Assembly (NCBI GenBank): GCA_011109175.1
Contig: RDEW01000016.1
Coordinates: 986,585-1,050,584, forward strand
Direction: 5' to 3'
Source of the DNA: Dicyema japonicum
Taxonomy: Eukaryota > Animalia > Dicyemida
Length of the DNA stretch: 64,000 nucleotides
Positions 1 through 12,819 of this stretch are shown here, one piece after another (position 1 is the first letter of the stretch; every line of letters begins with the position of its first letter). The translations under genes and the position numbers were made by a program. Under the pieces are notes generated by a model. The model was not told where the DNA came from, did not search any database, and worked only from the letters and a program-made list of their open reading frames with translations.

Positions 1-330
1 AGTTTTCTGGGAATCGTCCAAGGAAGTCATTCCATATTATGCTCTATACACATACTCTCCAAGGTTTTCTTTGATTAAATATACGCTCGAGTTGGTGCCT
101 CAACCTTCAGGGAATTGTGATGATGTTTGTAGAATTTGCTCACAGTACCATCCAATGTTAGTGCGATTGATACAATTTATGTTAGTGCAATATTAACTTC
201 AGCATTGTGGTGCCAATTCACTAGCAGGCAAGTCATATTTGTGTAGCTTTTCAACCTCGACTTGTTTCAATGCCTGTTAAGAGGTGACTCCCACTTGGAT
301 AAGCGTAATTAAATTCCTCCTTTCGTCTAT
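1..330 (-). mobile_element. R4/Dong-like (REL-type) non-LTR retrotransposon, decayed C-terminal endonuclease region
   Basis: Manual translation across stops and frameshifts gives LIQVGVTS*QALKQVEVEKLHKYDL...LDGTVSKFYKHH...AYI*SKKTLES. This matches the same domain at 10680-11030 and 51990-52110. Confidence 0.6.
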
Positions 331-429
331 AAAATTTTCAGTTTAATTACAATTTTTATATCTATTTTGACTATGCGATGTTCTATTTTGACATTTTTTA
401 AATCTATTTTAACAGTGCAATATTCATCT

Positions 430-790
430 TTGACAATTATTATTATTACCCCAGGATCACTGGGTCAAAGAGAAAGAAATAAAAGTTCTCATCTAACTAA
501 GTGATCCCAGACCGACAAAGGTGAGGACGAGTCCGGCGGGGTCGAGAATCCTGAACAGCTCTTCTCATAGGACATGGCATCGGCTCACAATTTCTGTATG
601 ATTGTAGATAATTCGATAGTATTTGGAATAGAGGGCAGCTCGGTAGAACAGCCTCCTTTAATAGTTTTCGTTGTAGTTCAATTAAAAAATTTTCAATAGG
701 TTGGATGTTGTGATCTGGTCCAATTAACCTTATTGCATCTTTGACAATGCAATTAACAATATTAATTAACAACTTAATCATATAATGGAA
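430..790 (-). mobile_element. Jockey/I-like LINE 3' end
   Basis: ORF 497..811 ends ...RSGIT*, followed by the GGATCACTTAGTTAG...GTGATCCTGGGGTAATAAT tail. Close inverted copy of about 54120-54445. Confidence 0.8.
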
Positions 791-1125
791 TCCCAAGCGT
801 ACAATTTCCATTTATTTTTTCAACATTCCTGTAAAAATGTCATATTTTCTTCCGCGTTAGATGTGTTAGAGAATAATCCAAAGCATTTTGTAGTAATTGA
901 CTTCGAAATTCGGTCAGGGTTCCATTTCCTGCTGCAATAACATCATTATGGGGATCGTTGTGATTAGATAAATACGTCTTTATCCCAGCCTTAAGAATTA
1001 AGTTGAGGAGAATATCAAATCTTCGTATAGTACGTTCTACTCGTATACCTTCAAAATTTCTTTGTTTTTTATGGATTGGAGCATTATCCATATAAATAAT
1101 AAGTTCCTCTCCAGCTAAACTGTCT
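790..1125 (-). mobile_element. IS630/Tc1-like transposase, C-terminal DDE fragment
   Basis: Reads ELIIYMDNAPIH, and YSPQLN in a shifted frame. Confidence 0.65.
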
Positions 1126-1129
1126 TCCT

Positions 1130-2430
1130 TTTAGGTATACTTTCACCCAATTCACTAGTTCCTTTGGGCTCCCTCTCCGAGATAAGTGATCGATTATGGC
1201 TCTGTGATTAACACTGTCAAATGCTTTTGATATGTCGAGACATATGACATTCAGGAAACATTTGGATTCTCTGGCTTTGCATAACTCGGAGTTGAGATGA
1301 AATAAGCAATCACCGCATGACCATCCTGGGCGAAAACCAAATTGATCATTTCTGAAGTAATCTTCTTTTTCCAGCTGATTTGTAAGCCTCCAGAAAACAA
1401 TTTTTCCATGATTTTTGAAATTGACCAACTCAGGCTGATCGGACGGTAGCTATCAGGATCATTCTTCGGTCTTCCTGTCTTCGCTATCATCCGTACAATG
1501 GTCTTCTTCCATTCCTGTTGAACATGACCAATTTTTATGTATGCGTTGAACATATTTTTGAGAACTTCAAATAAAATTTCTGGGACTTCTTTGAACATCC
1601 TAGCTTTGATGAAATCACTGCCCGAGCTTTATTCTTGACAGCTCTTATTGCTATCTTCCGCTCTTCTAGAGAGATCTCTATAAATGCTGTTTTCTCTGAC
1701 AATGGTTCGTAACATGTCTTCTCCGCGATGACATCATCGTCCACATCAAATATCTTTTTAAGCTGTGTCTCAAAAACTAGAAGTATTTCTTCTTCAGCAT
1801 AGTGGGTGCCATCCGGTTTCTTGAGCACAATCTTGTTTGCGATTGATTCTGGGTTCCTCACTTTTCGGTATACCTTCCAGAAAGAGGGATTGTGTTTGTT
1901 TAGCTTCCGTAGTTGAGAGTTCCACTTATTCTCATTCCAACTTTTGAATTGTTCCGACAACTGCTTTTGTAGTTCGCCGATTTTGTGAGACAAGGCTAAG
2001 CGGTCCTGTGGGTCTACGCATCTCCTCAGTTTAGTCCTTAGATTATTTCTTTTCAACACAATTTTCTTGATGTGCCATGGAATAGGGACAACATTATCGT
2101 TTCTTGAGTATATTTTTCTACCAAAGTTATCCAGATAGTATAATATCAGATCCGTTACTCGTTTACTTGTTTTATCAATTTCCAGACGAGTCTTGGGCTC
2201 GGTATGCCCTAACATCAATTCCTTTGCAATGAACATCTTATAGTGATTCCAGTTTAGATTCTTGGTATCGTAACCGACAAAGACTCCAGGTTCATTAATC
2301 ATTTTCATATCCACGGATGTTAGCAATGGAATGTGGTCACTGTCAATATCCGGAAGAGTAATTGGTACGTCGGCGTATTCTGATAGCAGGGGAAATCAAG
2401 AAGACACCAAGCTTGTCACCCCCGTAGAGA
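1130..2430 (-). mobile_element. Jockey/I-like LINE ORF2 internal fragment (end of APE, linker, RT domains 0-3)
   Basis: Motifs DSDHIPLL, YRPISL, DQFGFRPG and LDISKAFDSVNH in ORFs 1535..2326, 1251..1598 and 1084..1428. Confidence 0.85.
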
Positions 2431-3060
2431 GAGAAATGGTTATCCTCTTTTGATAAATTTCGATTTATAGATCCAATGTGTGATTCAATTCTCACAATTG
2501 TTCCATTGTCATCAATTGCTAAAATGCCGTTGAGATTCACTCCTTTGCTTTCCTTTACTGGAACTATCGCACGTGATCCTATATGGGATCAGCCGAATTT
2601 TTTTAATGTAAAGAGATTGAACTTTGTTTCGTCCAAATGTATTTTTCTATTTGTATTACGTTGATAATCCAATGCAAATATTTTTTTTCTATATTTTCCA
2701 GACTATTCCTGGAAATTGGTCTCTTCGCAGCATTAGTTAGGTAATCAATCGGCCATTAAGTCGGTTATATATTGTCGCAATACAAACTTTATTATTTACC
2801 AATGTTCGTATTTCCTTCAATGTTATCGATGGATTATTCTCAATTTTTTTTAATCATCATCAGTAAGTTTAATCGTAGCATCCCTTCTACCTCCATGTTT
2901 ACAAACATACGGATTTCCACTTTTTACGATGGCTATAGCTGTTGTCCTCTTGACTCCAAAATCTCGAGCAAGCTGTATTTAATCGCCACCCTCTTCATCC
3001 TTATTTATAAGTGATCTTCTCGAAGCTATTCTGATATTCTTGAAATAAAATTGGTACAAG
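2430..3060 (-). mobile_element. IS630/Tc1-like transposase, N-terminal part
   Basis: DETKFNLFTLKKFG...SKGVNLNGILAI..HIGSIN. The paralogous copy at 20300-20960 shows the HTH-like IENNPSITLKEIR...TIYNRL. Confidence 0.75.
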
Positions 3061-4310
3061 AACAACGAATCAACTGGTTTGTTGTTTTGTAATTTTTTAT
3101 CTGTGGTTATTTCTGTATCCACTCGGATCTCGACTGATTTATTCACAGTTACTGATTGTACAGAATGTGTATTCAGTTTCTCGGATTTTTTAATTCCGCA
3201 TTGTCTGCATAGATGCAAATACAACTTCGTTATGACGTTGGAGATAATCACTATTCAACAGTCGATCACATTTTGTTGCCAAGTGGTCAACAGTTTTCTT
3301 GGCTGAGTTGCAGTGGCTGCAGCTAACCCCAGTATAATCAATAGGTTTCGGTCTTGTGATAGACACAGTATCCCTTCACATCTGAGAGAGTTGTTCCCGT
3401 GTGATAGCCAAAGGGAAGATTCGGCGATGTCGATTTTTAAATCACGCAGACAGTGGAATGGGACTCCATGTAGCTGCTTTTTCTGAATTTCTTTACTATC
3501 CAGTTCTTTTAATGTCTTTTAATAAACCGGAACTGAGAATATCAGGCCTTCGAGCTTTATATTTTCGGCATAAAAATTCTGCGATAGTGATCATGTTTTC
3601 TTTGATTTGACGATCCGCAGAATCCCTGAATTCCTCAACCAATAACTAGACTTCTTTCCAAGGTCTCGTAGGAATTGGAGTAGCATCCGTCACTTTTATG
3701 TGTAATAGATTCCAATCCCATTCCAAGTTGGTTTCTTGACATATAAAGTCTTTAATCGCTAGTTTCAGGTGAATCCGATGGTTTACAAGGATTTTTCGTA
3801 TGCTTTTGTCAATCAGTTCATATTCAGTTGGTTCGATGTCAATTAGTCCGATGTAATAGTTATACAGAGATAAAGCATATTCGTTTATAGCTTTAAACAA
3901 GTTCGCTGAGTTTAATTTTGACTTGGCCAGGTTGTCGAAACTCTTTTTAACTCCGTCAAAGATTGACTTTAGTATTTCTTCTTTCAAGACTTTGCTATCT
4001 TTATTTTCGAGGACCCGAGGTTTCGATAGCCATCTATTCCATCAACTTTCCTTCAGAACTGAGATTTCGCACATTTTTAGCTGACTTCTCTACATTTCTC
4101 ACAAATCCAGAAACTTAGAAGAAACTGTTCACTTCGTTAGTCGTCCATAAACAGTAAGTGATTTGTTGCGTATGAAATAGAGCCTTTGCCTGTGTTATCC
4201 AAAACCACTTTTGTGTATTTCGCATTTAAAACCCTACTCAGTGGGTCCGGTAAAATGCTGAAAATTTTGTTCTGAAAATTTTGTCTCCAAATTCTCAAGT
4301 GAATCTTGCA
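3060..4310 (-). mobile_element. R4/Dong-like non-LTR retrotransposon fragment (RT end, thumb, CCHC, start of REL)
   Basis: NHLLFMDD, KLNSANLFKAINEYALS and HSVQSVTVNKSVEIRVDT...NKP. Confidence 0.85.
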
Positions 4311-4324
4311 TTTCTTTAACAATT

Positions 4325-4565
4325 ATAAATTGAGAAACATGAGTAGTTAATTACTGAGTCCAGCGGATATGATCGAGTGGCTGTTACCTCTGACTACTGC
4401 CAGGGATATCCTTTGGAAAAGCCACTCGGTTTCCCGACGCTCCCTCGAGGCTTTGGTCAATAGACACCCAAGTGCTCTAAGGAAAGAGACCGTCTTGGGG
4501 CCGAAGACTCCGCTCGTCTCGACGACCACTGGCTGTACATGGAAACGGTTTAGGAGGCTGCTGTA
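4325..4565 (-). mobile_element. CRE-like retrotransposon 3' fragment
   Basis: VVETSGVFG...WLFQRISLAVVRGN C-terminal motif. Together with its fold-back it is flanked by the 11-bp direct repeat ctttaacaatt (4314-4324, 4619-4629). Confidence 0.85.
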
Positions 4566-5004
4566 AAGAAATAAAAATAAAGAAATACAGCAGCCTCCTA
4601 AACCGTTTCCATGTACAGCTTTAACAATTGTATTCGTGTCTAAAGTTTATAATTATAAATATCATTCACAAATTCTAAAGTTTATAATTATAAATGTCAT
4701 TCACAAATTCATTGTTTTCAACATTTATATGCTTATATATTCATTTGTAAGATTATCTTCTGAATGGTTTAAAAAATAATAATTCAATATGGATTTTTCT
4801 TTGTTCTCAGCCAAAATGTTAGATTTAAAAAAAACTGCCCCAATTCTTTTAATGTGAATATATGTGAATAAATAGTTTATTGTGAAATGTTTTAAAGAAT
4901 TACTGTGCTAAAATATTAATGGTTTTATGACAATTCCACGTTATTATTGATGTCTCAAGGTGAAAATATTTCTTGTCAACTCTATTGTACAAAACACAGA
5001 CTAT

Positions 5005-5309
5005 AATAATAATAAAGCCTTTTCACGAGAGCCATAGCATTTATAGCTCCGCATAGGCAGGACACACACTTTATTTAAGTAAAGAACAGTTAATTTTAAC
5101 TAATCGTAGAACCAAGGAATATCTTCACTTCTTATTTTCTTTTTCTTGTGTGAGTATCCTTTCTAGACAATCCAGTTCCACGGTGAGTATTCACTGATGA
5201 CGGCGTCACTCGTCAAACCCTTTCTGCATCGTAGATGCGTGGAACTTTCCACCAGATGAACAGCAGCCGTAACCTAAGCCACTTAGGCCCGACACCTAAC
5301 CACTATGCC
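5005..5309 (-). mobile_element. SINE-A (tRNA-like head, RTE-like tail), near full length
   Basis: A-box TGGCATAGTGG, shared core, tail ATGGCTCTCGTGAAAAGGC plus (TTA)n. TSD acacagactat at 4994-5004 and 5310-5320. Confidence 0.85.
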
Positions 5310-6009
5310 ACACAGACTATGGGAATATATTTTTTATAATGATGCCTTTGTTATTTAAAGGCCAATAATAAACATTATTTTTAAAGGCTAAGCTTTTCAT
5401 ATTTTTTAAGAAAATATGAATTCTCCTATATTCAAAACATGACAATGATATGTGATTGGTTAATATAATTGCTAATTGGTAAGAAAGTTGAGATTGGGAT
5501 ATATTTTTGGTGATGACGCAGCTCTTGTTTACTGATTCCCTCAAGATTGATGTAACATTTCGTTCCCCTTCTTATATTCACAGACAAAATAATTGACTCA
5601 GAAGACATCTGATAAACCAAGTTTTTAGAATAAAGAATGGCCTGAAATATTGAGGAATCTGATTAGCATCGTTCACTTTGGGGAGAACAAGGGAATTAAT
5701 AGTAAATAATAACCACGGAATTGAGTTAATTAAAGTCTAATTAAGGGACATTCAGTTTCCACTGTTAGAGGGAGACACGTATTTTTCTAGTATGATGTTT
5801 ATCCATATCCGCTGTTATGGGAACCCCTCCAATTGAGTGCGCAAAAGATTAATTTTTTTGGATACCGACCATCCACTAGGCGTCTCCTAAAATAGATAGA
5901 TCACATGACACATCTTAAGATACGTAAACGGACAAAACACTAAAATATCTTTCGCTATGTACGCAGTGGTGTGGAAATATTCGTAAAATCCTAATAGTTA
6001 TAATTTCAC

Positions 6010-7130
6010 TTGTGCAGCATTCAAAACAATCCTCCGAACCAACTTCTTCCAACCTCCTCGATCGTAAGAGAGTTTCCTCTACTCGTCCAGGTCGTCCCCA
6101 CTTCTTAGACGTTTGTTCACAAGCTTTAGATCTCCGTCAAGTGTTTCAGGTAGTGTAATACGCCGAGCGCCCAAGTCCATACGCAAGATATGTCCAAATA
6201 GCCTCCAGCGCATGTCAACAATGTCGAGACTCAGTGGACCCGTGCAACATCTCTTGTACAGCGATTCCTTTTTTATTCTTGCTGGCCAGTTCAGTCCTAG
6301 TAAGGATCTAAGTTGTCTTCGATTGAAAGAGTCTAGTCCAAGTTGTTCGGTTTTGGACGTTCCCCAGGTCGATGAATTGTACATTAGGATGGGCTTGACA
6401 AAGGCTTCATATAGTCTCAAACGAAGTGATGTGCAGGATCGTCGTTTGCCAATCCACTTTTTTTCAACTTGTTCATCGTTACCCAAGCGAGGACCTTCCT
6501 TCTGGCAATATCTTGACTATCTCCTAATAAAGAGCCAAGTTTGTCTGTTTTTTCGCCATGTTTCACTTTATCTGCTTTCTATTCTCCTGATTTCCACAAT
6601 GTCAGTTTTTGTGGTGTTCATTCCAAGGAACCATCGGTTCAGCTCAGCAGGTGCCACCTCGAAGAGTCGAAGTAGAGCCGATTTGTCTTCTGACACAAAG
6701 TCGACGTCGTCCGCATAGGCAATTTCGACGATGTTGCCATCATATAACTTCCGAAGATCTCGTAATGCCGCCTCCAGATATATGACAAATAGCAGAGGCG
6801 AGAGGGAATCTCCCTGGGGACGTAAATTCACGGGAAAACGTCATACCGACCCGTACTCTGAGCTTCGTGTTAGATAGCAGCACTTTGATCATACTGACAG
6901 AATGAGGGTCCAAGAATTGTTCCAGTATCCTGAGAAGTAGACCACGGCGGACCGTGTCAAAGGCCCTAGAGAGGTCTATTATTATTAATGCACAAATTTT
7001 TTTTGTCAAGAGTCACAAAATCATGTCAACAAATGTGTTGGCGCCTTCCTGCATTGTGACCAACTTGTTTATGGAATAACAGGAAATGACAATCATAAAT
7101 CAATACAAATTGACGGTATATGGCGGTGAA
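6010..7130 (-). mobile_element. RTE-like LINE, 5'-truncated and frameshifted RT
   Basis: DLSRAFDTV, PQGDSLSPLLF, YADD, RWRLFGHILR and GDDLDE. Confidence 0.9.
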
Positions 7131-7223
7131 GTATTAATCGTTGCTTCCAAGAGCTTTTGAGACAATCTTTAAGATAGTTACTCTCTCTGGTTTTCCGCAT
7201 TTTTGAAAAAAAATTCCTACCTG

Positions 7224-7556
7224 GGTGGCATAGTGGTTAGGTGTCGGGCTAAAGTGGCTTAGGTCACGGGTTTGATTCTCGCTGCTGTTCACCTGGTGAA
7301 AGGTTCAACGCATCTACGATGCGGAAAGGGCTTGACAAGTGACGCGTCATCAGTGGAGATTCACTGCGGAACTGGATAGTCAAAAGGACATGCACACAAG
7401 AAAAAGAAAAAAAAGAAGTGAAGAGCATTCCTTGGTTCTCCCTTTACGATTAGCTATAATAACTGTTCTTTACTCAAATAAAGTGTGTGTTCTGCACGAG
7501 CGAAACCTTAGACATCTTACGTGCTTATGGCAACGCGGTAGTGCTTAATTACTATT
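7224..7556 (+). mobile_element. SINE-A copy with variant tail
   Basis: GGTGGCATAGTGG...GGTTTGATTC head, same core as 56803-57116, tail TTATGGCAACGCGGTAGTGCT. Confidence 0.85.
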
Positions 7557-8934
7557 AAATTTTAAAACATGATTCCCAGATATTTGATGTGCTATTGGTA
7601 GAGAGAATTCGTTTTTTGAGGAGGATTCTCGATTTGAAGTACTAGTCCTCGTTTAAATGTAGTAAATATAGTCGGAAAGGACTTGGTTGGCAAAACTTCA
7701 TATTATATTCATGGAGTCAGAGTGTTACCTATTTTTGTATGACCTCAGTGGCTGTTTGATAATCATAGAAGCAGCAGGCGATGTGGATACCATTAACATT
7801 TAGCTGAGGAATCGTTAGAGAGTAGCCATAACAAAGGTTTGGTTACACATCACCAGACAGGAGCAACAATAAGAAAACGGAAATATTGCAAAACTATTTG
7901 AGGAAGAGAACTATCTAGAACAACGGATTCTGACATCATATTTGTATAATATGTTGGACACATTATTATTACCTTAGAATCACCTGATTAAAAGTAAATA
8001 AAGTTCATAACTAAGTGACCCTAGACCGACATGGGGGAGGTCCTATCCGAAGTGGGAGAAAATCCTGGATGACTTTACAGATACTTTGAACACATTGTAG
8101 GAACACTCATTAAACTTATTATCTTGCTCCTCGAAAACATATGAGAGTAACAAAAAGGATTGCTCTTGGAATGAGGTTCGAGGAAGTTCTGAATGATCAA
8201 GAAACCCTCTTAAAACCAAGGCAAAACATTATCAAAATCTGATTTAAGGTTTAAAAACACATATTCTAAACTTGGGGTGCTTCAAGACATTCTTTCAATT
8301 CAATGTCCATTACCAAGAGAGTGTGGGCATTCATATTGATGACAGCCATTCCAGGCACAGTTGTTTACTTAATGTTATCAATGGCTTTTCTACTCGTCCC
8401 CACCACAAAGAAATCCATCTCCAAGGTTTAAAACTGTCGCGAGCCACAGACTTACCTTGATAGCTAAAATGTAAATCATTGTCAAAAAATAAAATATTCA
8501 ATTATTTCAAAGAAAACACTAACTAATTATTGATAATTAAATTTTAAGGCGTTTAGAATGCACCTTCTTTACAATTCCCTCTCTATCTTTAACATTGACA
8601 AAATTGTTAAACAATTTAGCAACAATAGTGACAGCATCTCCGTAGGGATGTTCAAACCTTTGCAGACGTAGTGAAGGATTAGTTCCATAGTCCTTCTGAA
8701 TTTTTCTGAATACGAACCTTTTAAGTAATTATAAATTATCTCCAATGTTAAATTCATATTTCGATCGATGCACTCCCATCTTTTTATTCATCCTTTTATA
8801 ATAAGGAGAATTCAATTCTACCCGAGGAAAATCAAATCCGATGTTCAGCCAGAAGGCCAATGTAATGTAATTATAGGTTCGCCATATTGTAAAATTATTT
8901 TAATTTTTTTTTATTTAACCCAAGAACACCAATA

Positions 8935-9370
8935 GTTAATTTAATTGGATTAAACTAATTAGGTGATCCCGGCCGCCTCCATCAGGTCTCTCATCTTTTT
9001 TCGGTGGACCTTCCGAGATCCAACACAGCTTCTCTGAGGACGGGAGGGTTTTGAAAGAAAAGCAAGAGGGGTGATGTAAAGTCTTCTAGTAAGACCCAAT
9101 CCATTGGAGCATTGTAGGAAGTTGGATTTTCGGCACAGAGCGGCGAATCCCTTCCCATTTTGTCCGATAAGGTCTTCCAGAGAGGTGGGTGTGAGACTGA
9201 CTGTTCTCACGAGCTTGCCGATAGTTGTAGCTGATAGGAACTGAATATCACTGATTTTCTGTTTGTTCGTCCAGGATAGGTTGATAGACGCACAGGCGTA
9301 GCTGATAGATTGCTCAATGAATTGTTTATGTAATAGTTTCAATGCTGGGAAAGGGGTTCTGATGCCACCA
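8935..9370 (-). mobile_element. Jockey/I-like LINE 3' end
   Basis: KQFIEQSISYACAS...LMEAAGIT* followed by the GGATCAC...GGTGTTCTTGGGTTAAAT tail. Confidence 0.7.
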
Positions 9371-9515
9371 AAAATAGAAAAAAAGATTTTAATAAATAAG
9401 TAATAATTTAATAATTATTATTTATATTATCGTAGAATTAATCTTTATATCGGAATATAATATATAAAAATAGAAAAAATGTAGTACTGATTAAATTTTA
9501 ATTAAAATTCAATTC

Positions 9516-10060
9516 TACCAGGGTCTCCACCTCCTCTCATGCCGGAGCGGAATTGGCAGATCTTCTCGACATTCGGCAATGAACGGCATCATTAAGAGGG
9601 CATTAGAATCGGCTGGATTCCGTTGCCGGATCGAACCGACTGGTCTATTTGACAACGGAAGACGCCCTGACGGCATGACCTCCTTTCCTTTTGAGCGAGG
9701 GCGAAACCTTGTATGGGATGTGACCTGTGTCTGCTCTTTCGCCCCAAGCAAAAAAAATTATTCACCGGGCAGACCTTCTTCTCAAGCAGAGGAAGTAAAA
9801 AATGCTAAATACTCTGATATCAGCGACAGGTACATTTTTCGCACCTGTCGCGATTGAAACTTCGGGGAACTTTGGCCCTAAAACGCTGAAGCTCCTGAAC
9901 CATTTGGGAAAACTACTAACTGACAAAACTGGTGATCTTCGTGAGACGAGATGGCTCAAGGAGAGGCTCTCGTTGGCTGTTGTCCGTGGGAATAGCTTGT
10001 GCATCTCCAACAGCTGAATTAAAATTAACTATTCTTTTTCCATTTAAAAAATTTTGTAAT
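9516..10060 (+). mobile_element. CRE-like retrotransposon 3' fragment (REL domain)
   Basis: RRPDGMTSFPFERGRNLVWDVTC, PVAIETSG and ERLSLAVVRGNS. Confidence 0.9.
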
Positions 10061-10139
10061 AAAGGAAGTTGTCTAATTAAAATAACAGTTATGACACCAG
10101 ATGACAGCTGTTATAGGTAACGTCTGTGGCTCGCGACAA

Positions 10140-11030
10140 TCGTAGATATAAAGAACCCGCTATTATACATCTCAACTTACTAAAAGAGCTCCAGGAGAAA
10201 TCTTACTGATAAAGCAATTCATAGAACAAATACTGAGGAAGCAATTTCATGGAACTCTTTTCGAATATCGACGTCAGGGAATTATTTCAGTGGTTATCAC
10301 ATAGGAACAATTCTCCAAGATCCGAAGGATTGGTGTGTCTTATACAAGACCGTAATCTGTTCTTCAACAATGCTGGAGAAAAGTGCAACCATAGTAACTC
10401 TCCAGGAAAGTGTCGACCATTTGACAACATGGTGTGGTCGTATGTTGAACAATGATTACCTGTGAAGACGTGATGAGGTGGTTAAATACAAACATCTGCA
10501 CCTGTGTCTTCAATATGGAATTAAGAAGACTAAGAGACTCGAGACAGACTCCGTGCAGTCTATTTTTGTTAACGAGTCTGTAGAGATTAAAGAGGTACAA
10601 CAATAGCCACGGACAATGAGTGATACAAAATAAAAACCGGACATATTTGTTGTCGATAGGATTATCCATATAAAAACTCTAATGGGGAATCACATCCCAA
10701 AAATCGCTAAAGTATGTCGAGAAGGCACACAAGTATGATCTCTTAGCAAGCGAACTCGGTTAATACACAAAAAAGTATAGAGTGCCAGTTGACTTGGGAC
10801 TGTCAGCAAATATTACAAGCACCATTTAGAAGCCTTGAAGCTGGAATGTCCTTGAAAGCCTATGTACAGACTGTCACGATTAAGAAGACAACAGAGAGTA
10901 TTCTTAATGGATACAAAGATTAATTGTGGACGACGATGAGTAGGTAGGTAAGAGTTACCCCTAAAAATATAAATATGGGTTGGACACACTAGAAGGAGAT
11001 ATGGGAATAAGAGGGAGTTAATGGCACACA
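10140..11030 (+). mobile_element. R4/Dong-like retrotransposon C-terminal fragment
   Basis: CLIQDRNLFF, HLHLCLQYGIKKTKRL, KPDIFVVD and GITSQ...KAHKYDLLASELG. Confidence 0.8.
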
Positions 11031-11897
11031 TTTCTTCGAAAGAAGGAGAGGATTATTTGGCGTTTTTTAAGGTCATGTCTAACATAACTACAGGAAAAAA
11101 ATTAAAAAAAGTAAATAAAAATTTTTGCAAAATACAAGATACTTAAAAAACGCTTTCAAGTTTAAAATTTCGGTGTTTAAATAAATGATGTAGAAGGATA
11201 TTTATTAGATAGCTGTAATCGTGAAGAGGAATATGCCGTTTGCCAAATAATCGACGAGTTAGTTCCGGGGTACAATCAGCGACACGATGTTAAAGTACTT
11301 TACTCGAGTTATAAAATTTACGATAAAAGTATTCAAATATGTCGAGACAACCGGAGCGATAAGCAACAAGTACCTGATCGTCCTTAACAAACTCGGTAGT
11401 ATTGCCTCGTTTAGAAGCCACTATGACAACTAAATGTGATGTTCATTCAGTTGGTCTCCATAGAACTCCTGGGGGAGACACTGCCATCAATAAAGTGGCA
11501 ATAATAAATTAATCAGTTTATGAAATGACCTACTTTTTCAATAAAAAAATTAATTCACATATTTCTGTCGATTTTGTCAAAATAACTCACTAACTCGTAG
11601 GAAAGTATTAAGTGATACGTCTGTCCCATAGATCTGTCAACTTTGGGGTGTAGACAGACAGTGTACAAGTTCGGGACATTCAAAAAAGTGATTTGCAGTC
11701 AACTCATAACAAAAAACACCATTCTCATCATTCAGATACGTGCGTATGTTAATGAGAGGATACGTCATTTATTTATTTGAGAGGATACGTCATAAAGTGA
11801 GGAGGACATTAATTAAACAAGACTACACAAAAGTTAAACTAAATAAAAAATAAAAGTACAATGTGTGTTAATTATTTTTAAATGGATTAAATTTAAA

Positions 11898-12655
11898 TTA
11901 GTTATTTCGATAATGATTTATTGCTGTTTGGTTAATGACGCAAATGTCCCTAAGATCTCTGAAATGTTCATTATAGTCTATTCCAAATCCCACGATAAAT
12001 CTGTCTGGTACACTAAACCCCACATCAGCTAATAAATTTAAAATGCAAACATTCTGGTGTCCCATTCTGTCCTGTAATTCGTTTTTGGCAGAGAATTGCT
12101 AACCTGACTGAATTTGGTTTAAAATCTGAGATGACTTTAATCAGTTTAGAGAGGGTTAACCCAGTATCGAGTATATCATCGACAATCAAGACGTTCTAAC
12201 AATTAACAGGAGTCAGTTACATTCTGATATACACATTCAAGGCAATCTTCAAGGGCAATAGTCACGTTTCCTGTAGATTTGTCGTTCTATCAATATAATA
12301 ACGTTTCTACCGCGTAACTGCTAGCTTTGATGAATTCTGGTCTGATTTTCACATAATCTGAGTTTGAACAGTCAGAATTCAGCCTTTCAATAGCATCCAT
12401 AAGAGCATGGAAAAACTTAAAGCCCCTTTGAGGAGGCACACCATGACTAGTTCCTGCCCTCTTGAATCATTCCAAATTTCCTGTGCCATTGCATCAATTC
12501 TTAATAATTGAAAAAGCTACCGATTTATAATCACATCGCGGCTAATCATAACACTTTCAATATGATCCGTTAATATTGGGTGAACTCCATTCTTATCTGT
12601 GTGAATACATAAGTCGGGGATCTTCAATGATTCATAATCAAACCGTAATTGTCAT
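11898..12655 (-). CDS. HPRT1: Hypoxanthine-guanine phosphoribosyltransferase; 5 introns of about 21-25 nt; one apparent 1-nt deletion in a G run near 12421
   Basis: Manual splicing gives MTIT|IPDL...VIINR|IDAMAQEI..VCLLKG(G)FKFF..FIKASSYA|NDKSTG..|NVLIVDDILDTGLTL..|VGFSVPDRFIVGFGIDYNEHFRDL. The PRPP-binding motif is intact. Not present in the ORF track. Confidence 0.9.
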
Positions 12656-12819
12656 TTTATTAATATTTTAGGTCAGTATTTATTAAGAATATTTTTTAAA
12701 ATTAAATCACAATTTTTTTTAATTTAAATAATAAAATAATGAGGCCTTAGTATTTTATTCAAAAACTCGAAAGATTAAAAATAAAAATAATAAAAATCAA
12801 TTTTTGTTATAAGTAAGGC

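Noticed and set aside
6113-6718. 201-aa plus-strand ORF and similar antisense ORFs (19396..19767, 40459..41007, 23895..24176)
   Set aside because: These are shadow frames opposite retrotransposon coding strands.
8540-8880. Possible Ginger/gypsy-type integrase C-terminal fragment (EFNIGD...VHSKRLK) on the minus strand
   Set aside because: Too short and decayed to support without an HMM search.
11190-11480. Possible hAT transposase remnant (VIVKRNMPF)
   Set aside because: Only one weak motif with many stops.
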